Virus record (IMG/VR): IMGVR_UViG_3300037261_000082
Coordinates: 36,178-100,177 of that record
From: a virus
Length of the DNA: 64,000 nucleotides
Reading direction: 5' to 3' (one strand)
Made by a program: the position numbers and the translations under genes. This document shows positions 59,101 to 64,000 of the stretch, piece by piece (the first letter of the stretch is position 1; every line of letters starts with the position of its first letter). The notes under the pieces are model-generated. The model ran no database searches, was not told where the DNA came from, and worked only from the letters and a program-made list of their open reading frames with translations.

Positions 59101-59481
59101 TTTGTCGGCATCAATATGTTGGGGCTGTGTGGTATGCTGTATTTTCGGTTTACGATAGCCAACTAAGGAATTACAGATGCGCGAGGCTCACGACATACCG
59201 TTTAAGGGCTGGATACCGCTCAACGCTTTTCTGTGGGTGGCCGCTGGCGCTGCGATCTGGCTTGCGCTGCCTTACATCATCAGGCCGTTTATTTAGGGGC
59301 AAATTCCGTGGTCACGAAAGAAGAATGGGACGCGCTAGATAAGAAAGTTAAATCGTGGCTCGATTTTCGCTGCCAACGCGAGCTAGAGGAATCTGCAAAG
59401 CGGGTGAAAGATGCGGCGCAGAAACTTCACGATGATCTGCGGCCCGATCCAGAGATTCTACGAAAGCCGACAACTATTTAA
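55846..59481 (+). other. Rightward array of 17 short genes with AWW(T/G)AGGAG junctions
   Basis: ORFs: 55846-56184, 56198-56410, 56421-56516, 56527-56724, 56742-57086, 57106-57336, 57355-57564, 57561-57770, 57788-58012, 58025-58255, 58265-58438, 58450-58638, 58650-58817, 58827-59051, 59062-59166, 59177-59296, 59308-59481. Confidence 0.85.
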
Positions 59482-59534
59482 GGAGCGCGGCAATCAATAA
59501 GGGCTGCCATTTTAACTCATTCCCAAGCCAGTAG

Positions 59535-59563
59535 TTGCTTATTTGCCGTTTTGAGCGTATGAT
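59535..59563 (+). promoter_or_regulatory. Sigma70-type promoter
   Basis: TTGCTT-N17-TATGAT; same hexamers as the promoter at 30023. Confidence 0.6.
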
Positions 59564-59678
59564 CATTACTTGCGGGGCTTGCACAAGTTCTCACACCGCA
59601 ATGCGGTAGCATCCGAAAATTCCCAATTGAATTTCGCAATTAGTTTGTCCCATAAAAGAATTATGAAAGGGTTGCATA

Positions 59679-59894
59679 ATGGATTTCAAATCCGTAACTA
59701 GTAGCAATATTGATGCTGTAGCTCATGATCCGAAAACAAACACTCTCCATGTGCGTTTCAAAGGTGGCGGTGTTTATGCGTATCAGGGTGTTGATGCAGA
59801 AAAACATGCAGCCCTGATGAATGCTGCTTCAGTTGGTTCATATTTGCATGCCCACATCAAGGGCAAACATGCACACTCGAAGATGGATGGGTAA
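59679..59894 (+). CDS. KTSC domain protein
   Basis: V.SSNI.AV.HD....L.V.F..G..Y.Y.GV.......L..A.SVGSY....IK. Confidence 0.9.
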   Translation: MDFKSVTSSNIDAVAHDPKTNTLHVRFKGGGVYAYQGVDAEKHAALMNAASVGSYLHAHIKGKHAHSKMDG

Positions 59895-60152
59895 GTGTTA
59901 ATGAGAAAAAATGGCTGGTCTGCAAGTGATGAAGCTTGGTTGTACACACATTATTTGACCGCTTCAACACCTCTTGCTCAAAAAGTATTGAAACGAAGCA
60001 GCACAGCTATCTCAGCACGCGCAGTTAAGTTAGGGCTTAACAAGAAAAGCTATCTTGCTAAATTGCGGATGATTGATGCGCAGGATCGTCTAAGCACGCT
60101 TCATCGTCCTAGGGTAGGTAGGTTCTATCAGTCAAGTTTTGAATTGAGCTAA
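59895..60152 (+). CDS. Small HTH-like protein
   Basis: WS..DE..L...Y, L.RS..AI..RA.KLGL. Confidence 0.6.
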   Translation: MLMRKNGWSASDEAWLYTHYLTASTPLAQKVLKRSSTAISARAVKLGLNKKSYLAKLRMIDAQDRLSTLHRPRVGRFYQSSFELS

Positions 60153-60191
60153 CGACTACTATCGTCCTCTTTACGTTAGGTTCTACAAAGC

Positions 60192-62747
60192 ATGAGCAAC
60201 GTCTTCCCCCTAGACACTGGCCAGAACTATCGTCAACCCGGTCCTGCACCCTTAACGGGGCAGGACATTACTGTTATTACTGAGGGTGATGGTGCACCTC
60301 AGTTTGACCAGGAGACGGGCACAACCCAGATTGAATTGCCGGATGGTGAAGTCACTATCAGCTTTGGTCCCCCTGAGCAGCCCAAGAAGGACTCCAAGTT
60401 TGACGATAACCTAGCCAATAAGCTGTCTGAGGCTGAGTTGTCTGTCATAGCTGAGAAGCTCTTGATGGGCATAGAGCAGGATAACCAGTCCCGTTCGGCG
60501 TGGCTTGAGAATATGAGTGCAGGCATTAGTCTGCTAGGCTTGGAGATTAAGAACCCTCGTGGTGCTGCAGCGTCTGGCGCTACGCCAGCTGAGGGAACTA
60601 GTACGGTTGATCACCCTTTGCTCTTAGAGGCTGTGTTACGGTTCCAGGCTAATGCTAGGGGTGAGTTGTTGCCTTCCGACGGCCCAGTGAAGGTGCGTAA
60701 TGACGGCGAAGCCAATAGTCTTTCTGATCGTCTGTCCCAGGCCTTAGAAAAGGATATGAATCATTATCTGACTAAGGTTGCGAAAGAGTACTATCCAGAT
60801 ACGGACCGGATGCTGCTGATGCTAGGCTTCAGCGGCATTTCTTTTAAGAAGGGCTATCACGATCCAATCAAGCGGCGTCCTGTTATTGCCTCTATTGATG
60901 CGAAGGATTTGATTGTCTCTAATGCAGCAACTGATATTGATGGCGCTGGGCGCGTAACTCATCGTATCATGATGCGTCCTTCCGTATTAAAACGCATGAT
61001 GTTATTAGGTGCTTACCGTGACATTGCGTTGCCTGTGGCTGGTCTACCTCAAATCAAGAATCCTGTTGAGGCCAAGATTGACGTTATTCAAGGTATTGCC
61101 CCGCCTACGTATGTAGAACCTACAGACCAGGATAGAGAACTGTACGAGTGCTACTGTGAAATAGAGGTGCCGGGCTTTGAGCACGAAATGGATGGTGAAG
61201 CGACAGGCTTGCCACTGCCATATAAGGTCACGATAGATCATGAAGCGAGACGCATTCTTGAGGTCCGCCGGAATTGGACTGAGGGTGATGACTTCTGTCT
61301 TCCTCGTAATCGCATCATTGCTTATGTGTTTATTCCTGGTCTTGGCTTCTATGGCATTGGGTTGCTCAACATTCTGGGTAATGCTACGAAAGCGGTTACA
61401 GCCGCATGGCGGCTGATGATTGATGCGGGCATGTTTGCCAACTTCCCAGGCTTCCTTTACCTTAAGCAACTCGCCAAGCAACTTACCAATCAGTTCCGTA
61501 TTCCTCCTGGTGGTGGAATGCCTATTGATACCATGGGCAACGACATTCGTGCGTCAGTTATGCCCTTGCCGTACAAGGATCCAAGTGCCGTATTCATTCA
61601 GTTAATTGAGAATATTGCCACCACAGCCCAGCGGGTTGGTGGTACTGCTGAAATGCAGATAGGCGAAGGCAAGCAGGATGCCCCTGTGGGCACAACGCTG
61701 GCGCTAATTGAGCAGGCTACGAAGCTTATGTCAGCCGTGCATAAGCGACTGCACCAAGCCCAGGGCCAAGAGTTTGATATGTTGAAGTCTTTGTTGATGG
61801 AGGATCCCGAGGCGTTGTGGCGACATAACAAGAAGTCTGCTGTGTTGGCCCAACTCACGGCGGAAATGGGGTTGCAGCCCCTTACAAACGCCCAGGACGG
61901 TGCAGAGCTAAGGCAACGGGCATTGTTCCTTACTGCCTTGCAGGACTGCGAGCTAGTCCCGGCTGCCGACCCCAATACAAGTAGCCAGACCGAACGCTAC
62001 CTGAAGGTGGTGGCCATGCGGCAAATGGCTGCCACGAACCAGAATATCGACTTGAATAAGGTTGATGAGAAAGCCTTCCACACGATGGGCGTGGACAATC
62101 CGGAAGACTTCTTTAAGCCACCACCGGATCCAAATGCACCACCGCCCCCGCCACCGCCAGAACAAGTTACGGCTATGGCTACAATGACGGCTGCGCAGGC
62201 TAGGCTGACGGATAGCCAGACGAAAGCAATGGAGGCTAAGACCAAGGCTGCCACGGCCCAGTCCGACGCTGCCATCAAGGCACAAGAGTTGCAGTCTAAG
62301 GAGAAGATTGCTTCGCTGGGTGTGGCCCGTGAGTTGGTCATCCACAATGACGATAAGGCTATGGCTGAACGACAGCTGGCTCAGGAGCATATGGGTCGTG
62401 CTGCTGACCGGGCGCACGAAGCACAACAGAGTGGGGCTGATCGTGCCCATCAGGTACAACAGACGGGGGTTGATAATAATCAGCGCTCGGCCGATAGGTT
62501 GCATGCCCTTGCTCTTGCCCATATGGGGCATCAGGCTGCATTCCGGCAGAAGCAGAGTGATCAGCAGCATGGTATAGCAACAGCTGTACTAGGACATCAG
62601 GTTACGTCACAACAGAAGGCTGCCGATCGTCAAAGTAGTATGATGCAACAGGGCGTAGCGCAAGGTCATGAAGCTACACAGAGTGAGTTGGACCGTCAGC
62701 ATCAGTTGGCGCTGGCAGCGGCTAAGCCTGATGGAGTTGCACCATGA
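60192..62747 (+). CDS. Portal protein
   Basis: HPLLLEA..RFQA.A..EL.P..GPV, PG.GFYG.GL, LIDAG...N.PG, APVGTT.ALIE; long coiled-coil tail; downstream of terL. Confidence 0.85.
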   Translation: MSNVFPLDTGQNYRQPGPAPLTGQDITVITEGDGAPQFDQETGTTQIELPDGEVTISFGPPEQPKKDSKFDDNLANKLSEAELSVIAEKLLMGIEQDNQSRSAWLENMSAGISLLGLEIKNPRGAAASGATPAEGTSTVDHPLLLEAVLRFQANARGELLPSDGPVKVRNDGEANSLSDRLSQALEKDMNHYLTKVAKEYYPDTDRMLLMLGFSGISFKKGYHDPIKRRPVIASIDAKDLIVSNAATDIDGAGRVTHRIMMRPSVLKRMMLLGAYRDIALPVAGLPQIKNPVEAKIDVIQGIAPPTYVEPTDQDRELYECYCEIEVPGFEHEMDGEATGLPLPYKVTIDHEARRILEVRRNWTEGDDFCLPRNRIIAYVFIPGLGFYGIGLLNILGNATKAVTAAWRLMIDAGMFANFPGFLYLKQLAKQLTNQFRIPPGGGMPIDTMGNDIRASVMPLPYKDPSAVFIQLIENIATTAQRVGGTAEMQIGEGKQDAPVGTTLALIEQATKLMSAVHKRLHQAQGQEFDMLKSLLMEDPEALWRHNKKSAVLAQLTAEMGLQPLTNAQDGAELRQRALFLTALQDCELVPAADPNTSSQTERYLKVVAMRQMAATNQNIDLNKVDEKAFHTMGVDNPEDFFKPPPDPNAPPPPPPPEQVTAMATMTAAQARLTDSQTKAMEAKTKAATAQSDAAIKAQELQSKEKIASLGVARELVIHNDDKAMAERQLAQEHMGRAADRAHEAQQSGADRAHQVQQTGVDNNQRSADRLHALALAHMGHQAAFRQKQSDQQHGIATAVLGHQVTSQQKAADRQSSMMQQGVAQGHEATQSELDRQHQLALAAAKPDGVAP

Positions 62748-62911
62748 ATCGGCGTGAGTTGACGCTAGGACTAGTAGCAACGGTAGCAGTACTACCGTTA
62801 GCTCCAGATCCTTGGTGGAAAGGGGGCTGGGTTCCGATTACGAATAAGACCACGCCATGTACTGTACAAGAGTTAGAGGAGTTGCACGGGGCAATTCAAA
62901 TCTTTAGGTAA
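62744..62911 (+). CDS. Small protein with a Tat-like N-terminus
   Basis: MNRRELTLGLVATVAV; ATGA overlap with the portal stop. Confidence 0.5.
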   Translation: MNRRELTLGLVATVAVLPLAPDPWWKGGWVPITNKTTPCTVQELEELHGAIQIFR

Positions 62912-62923
62912 GGAGATACAACG

Positions 62924-63217
62924 ATGAGTAAAGTTCTTAAGCGGGGGTCAGGTGGTGGTGTTACACCTATACAAATTAGTCCACCGGGGACCATGAGCCA
63001 GCAACAAGCAGCAGCCAGAGCGCACATGGCTGATGTGATTGGTGCTGATTTTTCTGGTAAAGAACACAATTCCTATATTAGGGAGATGGCTATAGAGCAT
63101 GGATGGAATCCGTTTGACGAAACGTACAGTCAAAGTAAGAGTAAGGGTGGTTCAGTTGAGGGTGAAGGCTCTTCACCAAAACATCGAAACGATCGCACAA
63201 AGCGCAAGCATTCATAG
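62924..63217 (+). CDS. Small basic protein with xxGG motifs
   Basis: TAAGGAG RBS; KRGSGG and KSKGGSV. Confidence 0.6.
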   Translation: MSKVLKRGSGGGVTPIQISPPGTMSQQQAAARAHMADVIGADFSGKEHNSYIREMAIEHGWNPFDETYSQSKSKGGSVEGEGSSPKHRNDRTKRKHS

Positions 63218-63409
63218 ATGGTTAAGGCTCCTCCAAATTTGCCAGAAGTTGGGGATAGAGTGAGACTGCGAGGAAATGATTGTGTTGGGAAGTTGGTTCG
63301 TCTTATACCAGATCATCCTTGGGCGGTCGTTGAATGGGACAAGGATAAAGTCGGAGCCAGAGTTGTGCATTTACTTGAACTAGAGCAGTTGGTAGGAGTT
63401 GTGTCTTGA
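63218..63409 (+). CDS. Small SH3/KOW-like protein
   Basis: VGDRVRL...G.......VEWD. Confidence 0.55.
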   Translation: MVKAPPNLPEVGDRVRLRGNDCVGKLVRLIPDHPWAVVEWDKDKVGARVVHLLELEQLVGVVS

Positions 63410-63609
63410 GTGCCCTTAGTGAGAACATGTTCAATGCTACTATCTGTAATGCTGTTGTGGCAGGCACTTGCGTGTGGATTCTAGATGAAGCAATTGTTTA
63501 TGCTGGCCCAATTAAGCATTGCCCTGAGATTGTAGACGGAACATTGATGCTGCTTAATACGAAAGACTTTGAGATATTGCAGGCCCATATCAAACGGCAC
63601 CAGAACTAA
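63406..63609 (+). CDS. Hypothetical protein
   Basis: Coupled ORF. Confidence 0.5.
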   Translation: MSALSENMFNATICNAVVAGTCVWILDEAIVYAGPIKHCPEIVDGTLMLLNTKDFEILQAHIKRHQN

Positions 63610-64000
63610 TGTTCTTCGACGGCAAAGATTACCAGATTGTTAATCCCAAACGGGTAGAAGCTCAGACGTTAAGTCATGCTCCTTTGCGTAAATTCTCAGA
63701 TGCTGCCTTGCGCATAGCTTATGTCCACGACCAGACGGCAAATGGCTTAGCCAGAACACTGCATTGCAACGTAGGCACTATACGGTCACATGCTCGGCGC
63801 TTAGGCTTGGCCCTTAAGGGTAAGCCTGGTGCACGTTGGACTTCTGAGGAAGACGTTATGGTCCGTGAGTGCGGGCGTGGTTTGATCAGTGTAGGGACTA
63901 TCACAAGAGTGACTAACCATTCCAGTAAATCTATTCGTATTCGTGCTTCTGAATTAGGTGTTGTGCTAGTGATTGGCGGCCAAGCCCAGCGTCCGCCCTA
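63609..64000 (+). CDS. HTH-repeat protein (runs off the window end)
   Basis: MFFDGKDY..., ARRLGL, WTSEED, RASELG; open to the window end. Confidence 0.6.
   Translation, partial: MFFDGKDYQIVNPKRVEAQTLSHAPLRKFSDAALRIAYVHDQTANGLARTLHCNVGTIRSHARRLGLALKGKPGARWTSEEDVMVRECGRGLISVGTITRVTNHSSKSIRIRASELGVVLVIGGQAQRPP

Noticed and set aside
52181-59342. Many opposite-strand or long-start ORF calls in the array region
   Set aside because: The junction motifs define a consistent, nearly non-overlapping tiling on one strand per array; the other calls are shadows.
51839-59490. Classical integron or shufflon
   Set aside because: No tyrosine recombinase, no attC-like long palindromes (RYYYAAC..GTTRRRY) recognised, and genes within each array are co-oriented.
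59570-59660. tRNA
   Set aside because: Hairpins are present but there is no cloverleaf, T-loop GTTC motif or CCA end.
1-64000. Diversity-generating retroelement or retron
   Set aside because: No reverse transcriptase ORF and no TR/VR pair were seen.

Overview
This window is about 64 kb of a tailed dsDNA phage genome. The host is probably an alphaproteobacterium, because the phage encodes GcrA and carries a CtrA-type box. No integrase, tRNA, rRNA or CRISPR array was seen. Layout: a large virion/ejection-type protein and a GIY-YIG endonuclease (0.3-5.4 kb); an extended lysis cassette (5.5-10.3 kb); a leftward early/recombination operon with SbcCD, RuvC-like, MoxR-VWA and ProQ (10.5-21 kb); a highly structured non-coding kilobase (21.0-21.9 kb); a rightward replication block with GcrA, DnaB-like helicase, SNF2 helicase, primase, sigma-like factor, UDG-fused PolA, clamp, clamp loader, SSB, RecA and NusG. 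That block contains a 5-hmdU thymidine-hypermodification cluster, one kinase of which carries an intein. The packaging region follows (terS, TnpB, CspA, terL, portal). The most unusual feature lies between terL and portal (51.8-59.5 kb): two divergent arrays of 16 and 17 tiny genes joined by short conserved junction motifs, arranged around a serine-resolvase-fold gene whose canonical catalytic residues are substituted. This is a candidate phage gene-cassette (integron-like) system. All family assignments come from motif recognition by eye; no database searches were run.
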